NCBI RefSeq assembly: GCF_006345805.1
Contig: NC_043002.1
Span: forward strand, 83,266,001 to 83,330,000
DNA from: Octopus sinensis
Taxonomy: Eukaryota
Direction of reading: 5' to 3'
Length of the DNA: 64,000 nt
Below, piece after piece: positions 10,501 to 22,748 of this stretch (position 1 is the stretch's first letter; the number at the start of each line of letters is the position of its first letter). Under the pieces are notes generated by a model. That model searched no databases. It was not told where the DNA came from and saw only the letters and a program-made list of their open reading frames with translations. A program made the position numbers and the translations under genes.

Positions 10501-13236
10501 ATATTTTATTACCTCTGTAGATCCTAGTTACTTAACCCTTTTGTTACCATATTTCTGTTGAAATACACTAGTTCTATTGCATTTAATTCTGAAAAGTGCT
10601 GGTGGCACATAAAAAGCACCCAGCACACTCTGTTAAGTGGTTGGCATTAGGAAGGGCATCCAGCTGTAGAAACCATGCCACAACAGACAGTTGGAGTCTG
10701 GACAACTCCCTGCTAGCCAGTTCCATGTCAAACTATCCAACCCACACCATCATGGAAAGCGGATGTTAAATGATGTTGAATCTGGTGGTTGGAATATAAA
10801 TTAACCTGAAATTTTGATTGTAAGTTTTAATTCAGATCACTTCAAAATAAAATGTTTGTATCCTGGAACCAAAGGTGGTATTAGATGGGTTGATATCAAA
10901 ATGGCTAAAGTCTTGTCTCTGTTACTTCAATTCAATTCGGTTCATCTTTGGTCTGGCTATTGTCTATCAATAACATAAAAGACTTTTTTTTTTCAGTAAT
11001 CAGACTTTCATTTATCATATTGAAACCTTTCTCTCATACATTGTCAAATATCTTGAAAATATTAACTTTTCTTTGAAAATGTCATCCCTCAAATGTTTTC
11101 TCAAATTCACATTCTATAATCATCAGATCTTTCTTCCCAACTTTTGAATTCTTTGACCTTTCTCCCTTTCATACTTTGGTCTTACAGTTCTAGAAAACAT
11201 CAAAGAATTCAAATAAATGAAAGATGCTCTACACAGTAGAATACTTGAAATAGCAGACAAATCTCCTTCCCATCACCTTTAGCGTTATAAAAGGAAAAGC
11301 ACAATGGACAGTATAGTCCAAGACACACTGTCTGGAAGAGAGAGAGAGAGAGAGAAAAAAAAACCAGATTGTCATAGCTCTAATACTTTTGAAGTGGCTA
11401 TCCAGGCCAATTAATTGATGGAACTGATCAAGTATTACTTTCTGACAGTAATTGTTATAATGTAAGACAAATAATGATAATGTGTTTAGATAATAACTTT
11501 ATTAAAAAACGAAGAAAAACATTACAACAATTCCAAACTGAAATGCAAAATGGCAAACTGTAACTTCAATTGTCCATAATGCTAGATGAACTGTTTGTAC
11601 CACAGTAAGCATGCTACGGTGAAAGGAGTAAATCTATAACAATGAGTCAACGTATATCTTACTTCACCTGGTATAGTCCATAAAGTGTCCCCTTGGATGA
11701 ATCAACGTAAGCTTAAATAATAAACCAAGTGAGAGTGAAAAATGTCACATGATAGAATCATGTCCATTGATTGGATGACATTTAATAAACAATGTTTATT
11801 GATGGAACTGATCTAGTTTTACACAAGAGGACTTACAGTTCTATATTTAAGAGATGAGGAATTATGTACATTATTTACATTATTTACAATTGATGGGTAT
11901 TTGTCCTCATCATGTTTGTTGTTAATATAATGTTTCAGCTGATTTACCCTCCAGCCTTCATCAGGTGTCTTGGGGAAATTTCGAACTATTATTATTATCT
12001 CCGCCTTCACTAAGGCGGAGGTAATAATAATAACGATTCCTGTTCAAGTGAGAAAATTTTCGAGCTGGTAGGCTACATCAATTTCCAGCTGTTTCACTTA
12101 GAATACAGACCTGGGTTGTTTCACATCTAACTTAACATTTCCAATTAAGTTTAATTAATTGTATTTCCATCTACAATAAGTTTAAAGTGTTAACATTGTT
12201 AATTAATTCTTATACAATAATCTAAATCTTTACCAATCTTTGATCAGGTGAAAAGAAGTTTCTGATGGGAGATAAACCTTGTGAGACTGATTGTGCTATA
12301 TTTGGGATAATTGCAGTGACAAAACAGATGCCGAAAAGTAGCTTTTGCACTAAGATCATTGAAGGTTAGTATCACAAATATTCTAGTTAATACTCAAGGA
12401 AAATTTATTACTGTGTGATGTAAGAAAAAATTGGTTTCTTCAGAGTTTTTAATTTTTTTCTATGGTATCAAATTCAATAAAATTTGGTTCTGTGATTGAC
12501 TGAAACATAAATTACTTATTCAGAGAAGATTACATTAGTACCGGAAGTAAATATTAGTAAGAAAAAGTTTAAAATTTCTTTTGTTTATAAGACGTGTTAT
12601 GAAAAATAGGTACAGCCGTCATCTGCAACTGAGTATGATTTGACAGCATGTATCTTGCTTCCATTAACTGTTTTAGCTGTCTGTGCAGTAACAAACAGAC
12701 AAGAGTTGCTCTTTTGACCCCAAAGGGTGAGTAATGTGAAGTGAAGTGCTGCACTCAAAAACACAACTCTCTGTTTGGGCCAGGAATCAAACCAACGACT
12801 TATGACCATGAGCCCAACACTCTAACCTTTGCATTTGGGTTTAATAAAGGATTAGGTGCTGTTTAAGACTGAATTATATTTTAGTTCTAAAGTAGAAACC
12901 TAACTGTGGTACAACTTTGGTAAGTTACTTGCAGCCCCATTAGAAGATTCTAAATTGATAGTCTTATTCTTTTATCTTTTACATGTTTCAGTCTGGACTA
13001 CAGCCATACTGGGGCACTGTCCTGAAGGGTTTAATTGAACAAATCAACCCCAGTACTTTTTTAAAATCCTGGTACTTATTGTATTGGTGTCTTCTGCTAA
13101 GCCCCTAAAGTTATAAGAGTATAAACAAGCCAACAATGGCTGTCAAGCAGCGTTGGGGACAAACACACACACACACACACATGCATGTACGCACACACAC
13201 ATACATGCACACACACACACATGCACACACACATAT

Positions 13237-13272
<36 letters not shown>

Positions 13273-13665
13273 ACAATGGGCGGCTTCTTTTATCTTCCAT
13301 CTACCAAATCCACTCACAAGACATTAGTTGACCTGAGGCTACAATAGAAGACACGTGCCCAAGGTTTCGCAGAGTGGGACTGAACCCAAGGCCACACAGA
13401 TGGGAAGCAATCATATAAACTTTGCAGCCAAACCCCTGATTGTTTTAGGAAGGTTCTGTTCTTAACCTTTCTGTGTTATTTACATAAGATGTTTTCATTA
13501 TAAGATTATATATTTAATGATATTATTTTTTATTTTATTTTATTAGATGGAATATTCCCTAACCTAACTGCTTACTTTGAAAGAATGAAAGACATGTATT
13601 GGCCTGACTGGGTTGCTCCAGACTTGAAATTTCCAACATTTGGTCTTCAGCCTCTGAAAGACTAA
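5755..13665 (+). CDS. FAXC: FAXC/failed axon connections homolog, copy 1 (5'-partial), join(5755..5881,9240..9436,10258..10457,12248..12364,13547..13665)
   Basis: Five AG/GT-bounded exons splice in frame with compatible phases. Translation: [43 protein letters not shown] / VEYTHKMSPKHKSPWITYNGEAVSDSQFIIEYL..EENLFW / ALALSRF..GIGRHSRSEVEHIAMGDLKALSDFI / GEKKFLMGDKPCETDCAIFG.. / DGIFPNLTAYFERMKDMYWPDW..*. The motifs SPFxxKLETxLR, PWIxYNG..DS, GRH, FLMGxxP...D and ERMK..YWPDW are typical of fax/metaxin-like GST proteins. Confidence 0.93.
7720..8130 (-). mobile_element. Possible highly decayed Penelope-like RT thumb/GIY-YIG fragment
   Basis: Fragments HIDKINLVLHNHYHPVNVIDS and PSNVIQF resemble PLE E...L..N.YP...I and SNV.Y.F motifs; many frameshifts. 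Confidence 0.3.
9240..9436 (+). CDS. FAXC: FAXC copy 1 exon (197 nt)
   Basis: gccag|GTTGAA...TTTTG|gtaaat; overlaps supplied ORF 9258..9440. Confidence 0.93.
10258..10457 (+). CDS. FAXC: FAXC copy 1 exon (200 nt)
   Basis: ttcag|GGCT...ATTG|gtaagt; overlaps supplied ORF 10262..10495. Confidence 0.93.
11860..11990 (-). mobile_element. Decayed Penelope pLTR with degenerate hammerhead
   Basis: Reverse complement GACAC-CUGAUGA-AGGCUG..CAGCU-GAAAC-AUU; the GUU cleavage triplet is lost. Confidence 0.65.
12248..12364 (+). CDS. FAXC: FAXC copy 1 exon (117 nt)
   Basis: gatcag|GTGAA...GAAG|gttagt; encodes KFLMGDKPCETDCAIFG. Confidence 0.92.
13547..13665 (+). CDS. FAXC: FAXC copy 1 terminal exon (119 nt)
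   Basis: tattag|ATGGA...GACTAA; encodes FPNLTAYFERMKDMYWPDW. Confidence 0.92.
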
Positions 13666-13854
13666 ATAATTGATATTTTAAAATTTTTTTATTGATACAA
13701 TATTGATTTTACTGTTTTCTTTTTTCTTTTCCTTTTTCCACTAGTTTTAATACTTTAGACTTATTTAAATGTATTATTGGCTAATTACAACAGAAAAAAA
13801 AATTTGGTTTCAAATATTAGTAGAGGTATGTTAAGCAGCTATTCTTCATTGTTA

Positions 13855-14610
13855 CCGTAAATCCTCGAGTATAATCCGCATTTTTCCCCAAAATTTAAAG
13901 GTCAAAATCCCTAGTGCGTATTATATACGAGGTTAAAAATGAAAAATATTTTCTAAGTAATGTCCTAGTCTCTATTTGCTGTCCGGCAATGTTTATTCAG
14001 ACACATTTTGTGATGTCGGGTGCGAAAATACATTAAGCTAAGCTTGAAAGCAATGAAGTCATAAAAGAATCATCCATAACTTGCAGTAAGCAACATTTAT
14101 TAAAATAAAAGTATTCAGAACAGAGAATAACATGTAACAAAAACAATTTGCAAACATATTTACATTCCCATATAACAATTAAGAACATCAGCATAAAAAT
14201 AAAAAAAAACATGATTTTCCGTGACCGTTGCCAGTACCGTCTGACTGGCCCTTGTGCCGGTGGCACATAAAAGCAGACACTACACTCTCAGAGTAGCTGG
14301 CATTAGGAAGGGCATCCAGCTGTAGAAACTCTGCCAAATCAAGATTGGAGCCTGGTGCAACCATCTGGTTCACCAGTCCTCAGTCAAATCATCCAACCCA
14401 TGCTAGCATGGAAAGCAGATGTTAAATGACGATGATGACGCATGCGCAGAAGTGTTTGTTTGACTAGGTGCTGCTGGCTTAATTAAGCATGACTCAAGTT
14501 AGAGAAGGGGTGCATATTATACACAAGGCTTAGGTTTTTTAGAGGTACAACCCCCCTAAAAATCTCCTGCATAATATACTCAAGGGCAGACTATACTCGA
14601 GGATTTACGG
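13855..14610. mobile_element. Tc1/mariner (pogo/Tigger-like) MITE with a nested RTE-type SINE
   Basis: TIRs CCGTAAATCCTCGAGTATA / TATACTCGAGGATTTACGG, TA on both sides; SINE at about 14215-14437 inside. Confidence 0.85.
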
Positions 14611-15440
14611 TACATATAAAAATGGATAAAGTTTCTTCCCAAGTCATGTAGACTCCTGGGGCTGGTTTCCTGGATTCTCTGGTGTATATGTTCTCCTCTG
14701 GATAGGACACTGTTCTATCAAAGGAATACTCATTTTTACCCACTGAGGGGAGTGGAGCATTGTGAAATGAAATGTTTTGCTTGAAAACACAACGCATCGC
14801 CCAGTCCAGGAATTGAAACCACAATCTTACAATCATGAATTCAACACCCTAACCACTAAGCCACATGCCTCCACATTATTATATAGCCAAGTAACTGAAA
14901 TCTCTGTTATATTCATTTGTCTGAAGTCATCTCTTGTAACAATGGATAAACTAAATCACATTGTATTTTCAATATAACATTTATCTTTTATGTGAAAGCA
15001 CATAGCCTAATGAGATGTTCATCAGTGAATGCTTATTTTTACAATACTCACAAAGTGATTATTTCTTTTCTTCATTTGATATTCAAAGCACAAATAATAT
15101 GCAAGTGCCATAGTATAACAGTGAGGTTTCTATAAACTGAATCTGCAATACATATTCCATCTACAGTTGAAGAATTTTCACTTTCATTTCTTCCTTATAT
15201 CTGTGATTTCTTTTATTAATCAATTCTCAGAAATAGTTGAAGTCTGCCGAGCTTCCCTGCCTTTGATAATCCTCATGAAACCTTGAAGATTTTTGATACT
15301 GAACAAGCTGCCTGTCGAAGGTTATGGCATGCTTTATTCAAAAATATATTTGAAACAAAAAATAGAAATAATATATTTCTAAATATCTGACATATTTATG
15401 CAGTAGTGGTACGATAAAGTAATTGTATACTGTCAATTTA

Positions 15441-15578
15441 ATGTGACAGTCCCATGAAGGGAATCATGGGACCTTATATATATAAGGACACAGGAAATGT
15501 ATCAAGGCCGACAAGCAGCATTGCTGCTTCCTAGGGCTAAATAGCAGTAGTATGATTCCCTTCATGGGACTGTCACAT
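15441..15578. mobile_element. 138-bp MITE with perfect 27-bp TIRs
   Basis: ATGTGACAGTCCCATGAAGGGAATCAT (15441-15467) and its exact reverse complement (15552-15578). Confidence 0.8.
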
Positions 15579-15872
15579 ATTTGAAACATTCTAATTTATA
15601 GACATAAAATTCAATGAATCAGTTATGATTAAAACATAATTTACACATATCTGATACTTATTTTTTGTTGTTTTTTTCTTTTAAGAATTTTAAAATTTGC
15701 AATATTTCTCAGTTAAAAAAATACAAATACCACTTTTAGGATAGTTGTGTCAGTTTAAAAAAAAGAATAGAAAGATAAATGTGGGTGAAACCCTCTCACT
15801 CTCTCTCACTGAGGGAGAGAGAGCAGTTAATCAATTTGTAGAACAGTCTGAAAACAGAGGAGCAGAAGAGAT

Positions 15873-16365
15873 TCATCATCATCTTTATCGTTTAACGTCC
15901 ACTTTCCATGCTAGCATGGGTTGGACGAATGACTGAGGGCTGGCAAACCAGATGGCTGCACCAGGCTTCAATCTTGATCTGGCAAAGTTTCTACAGCTGG
16001 ATGCCCTTCCTAATGCCAACCACTCCGAGAGTGTAGTGGGTGCTTTTATGTGCCACCGGCATGTGGCCAGTCCAGCTGCACTGGCAACAACCTTGCTCGA
16101 ATATTTTACACATGCCACCGGTGCGGGTGCTAGTAAGGCGATGTTGGTAATGATCCCGCTCAAATCGTGTCTTTTACGTGCCACCGGCAAGGAGGCCAGA
16201 TAGCCGCTCTGGCAACGATCATGCTCGGACGGTGCTCTTAATACCCGACAAGCACGGGGCTCAAGTGCCAGTAGTGCGACGCTGGTAATGATCACGCTCG
16301 AATGGTGCCTTTTAAGTGCCACTGGCATGGAAGCTGGTTAGCCGCTCTGTCAATGATCACACTTG
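15873..16365. mobile_element. RTE-type SINE/LINE-tail family C with (ATC)n end
   Basis: CATCATC..TTTAACGTCC.CTTTCCATGCTAGCATGGG..GGATGCCCTTCCTAATGCCAAC. Other copies at about 10610-10780, 14215-14437, 30520-30760, 33195-33350 and 33965-34205. Confidence 0.8.
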
Positions 16366-16716
16366 CAGATATATATTCATTTGAAGCTGATGTTTGACCC
16401 CATCACTATCCTTGTTATTCAGCGATTCTCACAATGTATGTGTGCGTGTATATACATTCGCACGCGTGTGTGCATGCATGACGCTCTAACTATCTCAGGC
16501 ATGTAGCCATGGTGGATGAGGGTGGGCTATGGGGTGCTCACCCCCCCCCCAGTTATCATCTCAGCTCCCCCACCACCAGTATGGGAATTTGTTTTATCCA
16601 AAAATTGCTTGAACTGAAATCTCTTACGAGTTTAATTTAAAAATACATAAATTGTTACTCTTACTACGATATTCTACCTTAGAATTAATTATTGCGAATA
16701 TCAGAGCCCAAAAATA

Positions 16717-18671
16717 ATGAATCACTACCGAAAAAGAGAACGGAAGCAATCATTGCTGAATTTCCAATCTGATTCATCTAATAATGCTAAACAGAAAAGA
16801 ATTGCAAACGAAGTTTCGCAGCTCATGAGAGGTCTTGCAAAGTCTTTGACACCCTCATTGGATGATCTAGGACAGGTCGACTGCCAATCAGTGCAGCCAG
16901 TTCTAGCAAAGTTTGATCCAAAAATTTATGGAAATCAGAAATGTGACTTCTCGTCAATCTGGTATACTGGTCACCATGGTTAGAGTATTCTCTTTCAAAG
17001 AAAGCCTTGTTTTGTTTTGCTTGTTGGCACTTTAATACTTTTGCTGAAGCTGATACTTGTTTTATTAAAAATGGATATTCTAATTGGCATCATGCAAAAG
17101 AAAAAAAAAACAAAGGTTTAAATAAACATGCAAACTCTGCATCTCATATCCAAGCTATGGTAACATGGAAGGAATGCCAAGAGCGTTTATCCACAATAAC
17201 ATCCGTGTCTTCAATCTTGCAAAATGATCAGTTAAGCAAAAACCATTGTTGATATTGTTCATTTTCTTTGTGCAAACGAATTGCCTTTTCGAGGAAAGGA
17301 AGCTTTTCAGGATCTTTATTCAGAAGATGACACACAGCCTTGTGGTCTTTTTATGAAATTATTCCAGTACACATTAGAGAAAGACTCAAAGCTAATGGAA
17401 TGTTACAGCATGATTCCAAAAAATGCGACCTACACCTCAGCAGCAATACAAAACAAAATCATCAAATTGTTGAGAAGACACACTGTCAGCCTCGAGATCG
17501 ATGAAATAAAATGTTCCGATATGTGACAGAACGCGTGATTTGAGTAATACTGAAAACCTTGCAATTGTTATTAGGTACTTGAAAAACGGCAGGGTTCTGG
17601 AAAAGTTAGTTGCAATGCCAACTACTCAACATTATGACGCTGAAACATTAGCCAACTTGATAACTAAGGAATTAACCAACCTTTGCATTGACCCAAAGCG
17701 TATGTTGTCACAATGCTATGATGGTGCTTCTGTGATGTCTGGCAAAATATGTGGCATTCAACGAAAGATTCAGAATCAACTTGAGAAATATATATTCTAT
17801 GTTCATTGTCTTAATCATCTGTTGCATCTTGTCATGGTTAACACAATAAAGTGGATTCCAGAGTTAGCTACGTTCTTCGACACTGTTAATATTCTTCATA
17901 ATTTTATTAAACTGCCAGAGTCTCTGCAAAGGATTGAAGTTGTCACGTCTTATGGAGCATAGCTCCTTTGCTTCTGTTATAGAAAAATCACTCAGAAATT
18001 GTTGGTTTGCTAACCGAATGCACAGATTTTGTCAGATTCAAAAACGTGTATAGAGGCAACTGGAATTTTACATAAAGTTCATTCCCCAAGGTTTGTTTTT
18101 CTAGCCCTTGTTCTTAGCAAATTTCTGCATATAATTAGACCAGTAGACAAACAGCTTCAGAGTCACAAATGTGATATATACCATGGCCTTGGGCTTCTTA
18201 AGATTGCAAAGAGTGAAATAACCAAACTGAGAAACTCTTTAATATTTAAGATTTTCAGAGCAAAACGATAGTATGTATTCTTCCTTGGCAAGTCTACTAC
18301 CAACATCTGAGATATTTTTAGATTTTGGTGCTTTGAAACCTTTGAGCAATTTAGTTAATTGCGATAAATCGGCCTTATTTTCTGAACTTACTGTGGCTAA
18401 AACATACATTTCCCAACAAAATATGATGGCACTGCTTGATATTTTTGGATCTTTACGTATTGTACAGGATGCCTTTCCAAATGTTTATCTTTTGTATGGT
18501 ACAGCATTAACATTTGGATCTAGCACAGCTACATGTGAATCATCGTTTTTGACGCTAACTCGAATTATGACACCCTTTCGACGAAATGTGAAGCACCAAC
18601 GAGAATCAAACCTCGTGATACTTGCTTCCCTTAATAAATATAAATCAAGTACAGACGGACGATTTTCTTAA
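16717..18671 (+). pseudogene. hAT transposase pseudogene
   Basis: Successive frames give a TTF-type Zn finger (WLEYS..LFCFACWHF), DUF4371-like MPFRG..GLFMKLF, QCYDGASVMSG, YVHCLNHLLHLV and the hAT dimerisation motif SSTATCESSF; several stops and frameshifts. Confidence 0.88.
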
Positions 18672-19013
18672 ATTTTTTGCCTTGTGTTACCGTTGTATTA
18701 AATGAATGTAACCTGATTTTATTTCGTGTTCTGAATTTTTTTGAGAGACTTGTGTCATACACTTCTCGTACGATATAATAAAATAATACATTAAGTCCGT
18801 TTAAGAGATAGTGCTAGATGCTTGTCCGCTCACTGGTACTACTCGAACCGAGTCAACACATTGCTCATGAGCTGTCGAACCCATTGGAATTACTCCACCA
18901 TATTTATCCTGGTGGGCTAATCCATTTGTTCTACCTTGGGAGTGTTCTATTTCCACACAACAGAGACATAATAAAATTTTATAAACAGTACAGTTTTTAG
19001 AGTTCTGTTCAGC

Positions 19014-20257
19014 GGGTGTAAAACAAAAGACCCTTAGGAAAAAAGCCCCATAAGACAAAAGCCCCTCAAACAAAACCTGGATCTTTTCCTTTTGAACGGC
19101 ACATGTCAACACAATTTCTAGTTAACTAAACACTTTAAAACTTCGTATACTGGTAGAATGTGTCAAAATAAAACATTTTTTTCTCTTGGTTTTCTTGAGA
19201 AAATTGTAATTTGTTTGTTTAACGTAGTTTAATTTTTCGAATTTTAACCAATGAATTGCCTCTAATTGAGCTAAAATCATTTGCTGCATCTGAAACTGAG
19301 ACAACATCCTGTCACTAACCCTAAACCTCACCCTCACCCTAATTTTTTTTTTTCTTAATTGTTAAATTAATTTAATTGTTACGCATGTAAAAAAAACTGA
19401 AAGCAATGGAAAATAATTTAAACAATTAACAAACAAAATAATTCTATAATTTTATACACACGCTTTCCATACGTATACGGAAAGTGTGTGTATAAAATTA
19501 TAGAATTATTTTGTTTGTTAATTGTTTAAATTATTTTCCATTGCTTTCGTTTTAGCCTTTCGTTTTTTTTAAAATTGTTATCCTTAAATTAATTTAACAA
19601 TTAAGAAAAAAAAAACGAAAGGCAAAAATTTAGGGTGAAGGTGAGGGTGTTGTCTCAGTTTTAGACGCAGCAAATGATCTTAGCTCAATTAGAGGCGATT
19701 CATTGGTTAAAATTCGAAAAATTAAACTACGTTAAACAAACGAATTACAAATTTACCAAGAAAGCCAAGAGAAAAAAATGTTTTATTTTGACACATTCTA
19801 CCAGTATACGAAGTTTTTAAGTGTTTAGTTAACTAGAAATTGTGTTGACATGTGCCGTTCAAAAGGAAAAGATCCTCAAACCCCACAGTTAAAGTATGAA
19901 AGTGTTTTGTTTTTTTATAACCGCGGTTTCTGCTTTTGTTTATTTGAAAATATATAAAAATAATGTTTAAATATTAGGCTGTTATCTCTAGCATGTAGAA
20001 AGACCTTTTAGGCTTAACAAGTGCTTGTTGAAAATCATTTTAAAGAATATTGGAGTTGATATATTCGATTAAAAATTCTTCGAGGTGATGCCCCAGCATG
20101 GCCTCAGTTTAATGATTGCAACAAGTAGAATGAAAATAAAAACGAAATATATTGGAAGAAATCTGAAAAATAATAATAAACCCCCCCCCCCCGAAAACTA
20201 TAAGCATTGGGCTTTTGTCCACTTTCACACTTTAAGTAAGGGCTTTTGTCCGTACCC
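19014..20257. mobile_element. Non-autonomous Mutator-like element
   Basis: Perfect 9-bp TSD CTGTTCAGC (19005-19013, 20258-20266); GGG..ACAAAAG.CCC termini with repeated subterminal GGGCTTTTGTCC. Confidence 0.7.
19079..19875. mobile_element. ~800-bp palindromic (foldback) element, copy 1
   Basis: GGATCTTTTCCTTTTGAACGGCAC... is inverted at the right end (...GTGCCGTTCAAAAGGAAAAGATCC); arms pair almost to the centre near 19473. Confidence 0.9.
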
Positions 20258-21857
20258 CTGTTCAGCACCCCCAGTTGCAATCGGCTGACTACGAGGCAGA
20301 ACTATCCTCAAAGCTCGCTGCCTTATATAGCTTTACAAATAATAATTATAACTAGCATAAGTAAAAGATGTTAAATTCGGTGACACGGGTATAGTCGGTT
20401 TACCAGTACTTGACTGCTCTTTATTTAATCTCAGAAGGATGAAAAACGATGTCTTTCGCGGTGGGATTTGAACTCAGGACTGAGACACGTAACTAATATC
20501 AACAAGGTATTTTGTAATAACGCTTTACCGATTCTCCTAATCCCATGTGCAAATAATATGTATATTTTTTTTTATTTACTACCCACAAGGGGCTAAACAC
20601 AGAGAGGACAAACAGATTAAGTCGATTGCATACCTGGTACTTAATTTATCGACCCCGAAAGGTTGAAAGGCAAAGTCGACCTCGGCGAAATTTGAACTCA
20701 GAACGTAAATAGCAGACGAAATGTGCAAATAATAATTTGACACGACCGAGTCAACGAGGTAGCTTCTCAGTGATCAGAAATAACAACCAAATCTCTTCTG
20801 AAACACCGCCATTCTTGAATAAAGTAAAAACACAGTACATAATGTAGCACTACATACTCCTAAATAGGTGAGATGGTTATGGCTAGAATGTCTTCGATTA
20901 TAATTATGCTCCATCAGGACTGACCCAGGACAGATAGCAATAACAACACAAGTCCCCTTTCTGATCCCCGCATGCGTAATTTAATCGGAATTATTTTAAT
21001 TGGACAATTAAATACAAGGAAATTGTTATTAAATCACTGAAATGATTTTTCACCAGTATTTTCTATTCTCGTTTAATGTTATTCACACCCCAGGTTGACC
21101 TGAAGTTTTAGAACTGATTTTTATCTATTCTCAAGCAGCTGTCTGTCTCTGCAGCACAATTCAAGCTTTCTAATCGAAACTAGTTTGACCAGTAGAGCCT
21201 ATCTTTCACGGGTGTGCTTTAATACATTTGTATATCCTATATTCATATTATTTTTTTTAAACATTTGTGAAAGGTTACGACAAGGACAGCATTAAAAGTA
21301 AGTGCTTAAATAACTTTCTTTGGTTTTTAAAAATTAATTGATATATTTGTCGTATTTGTTAGTTATTGATGATTTTAGTATATATATATATATATATATA
21401 TAAATGTGTGTATATATATATATTTATTTGTTTTTACTTGTATATATTTCTTTTTACTTGTTTCAGTCATTTGACTACGGCTATGCTGCAGCATCGCCTT
21501 TCATCGGGCAAATCGACCCCAGAGCTTATTCTTTGTAAGCCTAGTATTTATTCTATGGTTTTTTTTTGGGGGGGGGGGCGAACCGCTAAGTTACAGGGAC
21601 GTAAACACACCACCATCGGTTGTCAAGCGATATTGGGGGGAGGGGCAAACACAGACACACAAACATATATGACGGGCTTCTTCCAGTTTCCGTCTATCAA
21701 ATTCACTCACAAGGCTTTGGTCGGCCCGAGGCTATAGTAGAAGACACTTGCCTAAGGAGCCACGCAGTGGGACTGAACCCAGGACCAATGTGGTTGGTAA
21801 GCAAGCTACTTACCACTTAGTCACTCCTGCGTGTATCTCTCTCTCTCTCTCTCTCTC

Positions 21858-21896
<39 letters not shown>

Positions 21897-21899
<3 letters not shown>

Positions 21900-22658
21900 T
21901 AACTACAGATCCCCCCCACCCGATTTTGGATGATCATAACTTTCAGAAAAATGGATAGTTTTTAATTAAATTTTCTACAAATATACCTCGGACTATGTAT
22001 ATTCCGAAAACATAAGAATTTGGGGGGAAAACAATTGGGGGTTACTTTTGAGGACCGTTCCCCACTCGGGTGTGTTTCGGAACAAGCCATCCATATTTAT
22101 TTCATTTTCTCCGTTTTGTGCGTTTGCGCATCCGTAGATTTATAGTCCTCACACACGCACATATATATGTAATTAAGAAAGTTCAAACGGGGAATTATTC
22201 TATTCAATGTCTTTCTGTTAGAAACGTTTAGACCTTTAGCTGGTATTTTTAGCATAACGAGTTTTCCGGTGACAGCTTCATTGCCTGCTGCTTCAGTAAA
22301 AAAACAAATATTGACGACTTGTTACGAAGCATCTCCGAGTGGGGAACGGTCCTCAAAAGTAAGCCCCAATTGTTCCCCCCCCCCCAATTCCTATGTTCTC
22401 GGAATCTACATAGTCCGAGGTATATTTGTAGGAAATTTCATAAAAAAATAAGTTAAAACGAACTGAAGTGGACGCCGGCGAATTTTCTGAAATTCTCCAC
22501 CCCACTCCCTCCTAAAACACTTTCCCCCAAAAGTTTTGTATATTCGGAATCTACATGATATAACACATATTCGTAGAAAATTTCATTAAAAAATATCCAT
22601 TTTTCTGAAAGTTATGATCATCCAAATTCGAGGGTGGGGCAGTAATCTGTAGTTATGC
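21897..22658. mobile_element. Long-TIR MITE/foldback element
   Basis: Termini GCATAACTACAGAT / ATCTGTAGTTATGC; ~170-bp inverted arms with a partially duplicated right arm. Confidence 0.75.
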
Positions 22659-22685
22659 TTATAGAGAATTAAAAATAATGATATT

Positions 22686-22748
<63 letters not shown>

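Larger units (their letters stand above)
16496..20299 (+). mobile_element. Decayed hAT (Tip100/ZMYM1-like) DNA transposon with nested insertions
   Basis: Near-identical 8-bp TSD AACTATCT (16488-16495) / AACTATCC (20300-20307); degenerate TIRs CAGGCATGTAGCCA vs CTGCCTCGTAGTCA; transposase fragments inside. Confidence 0.75.
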
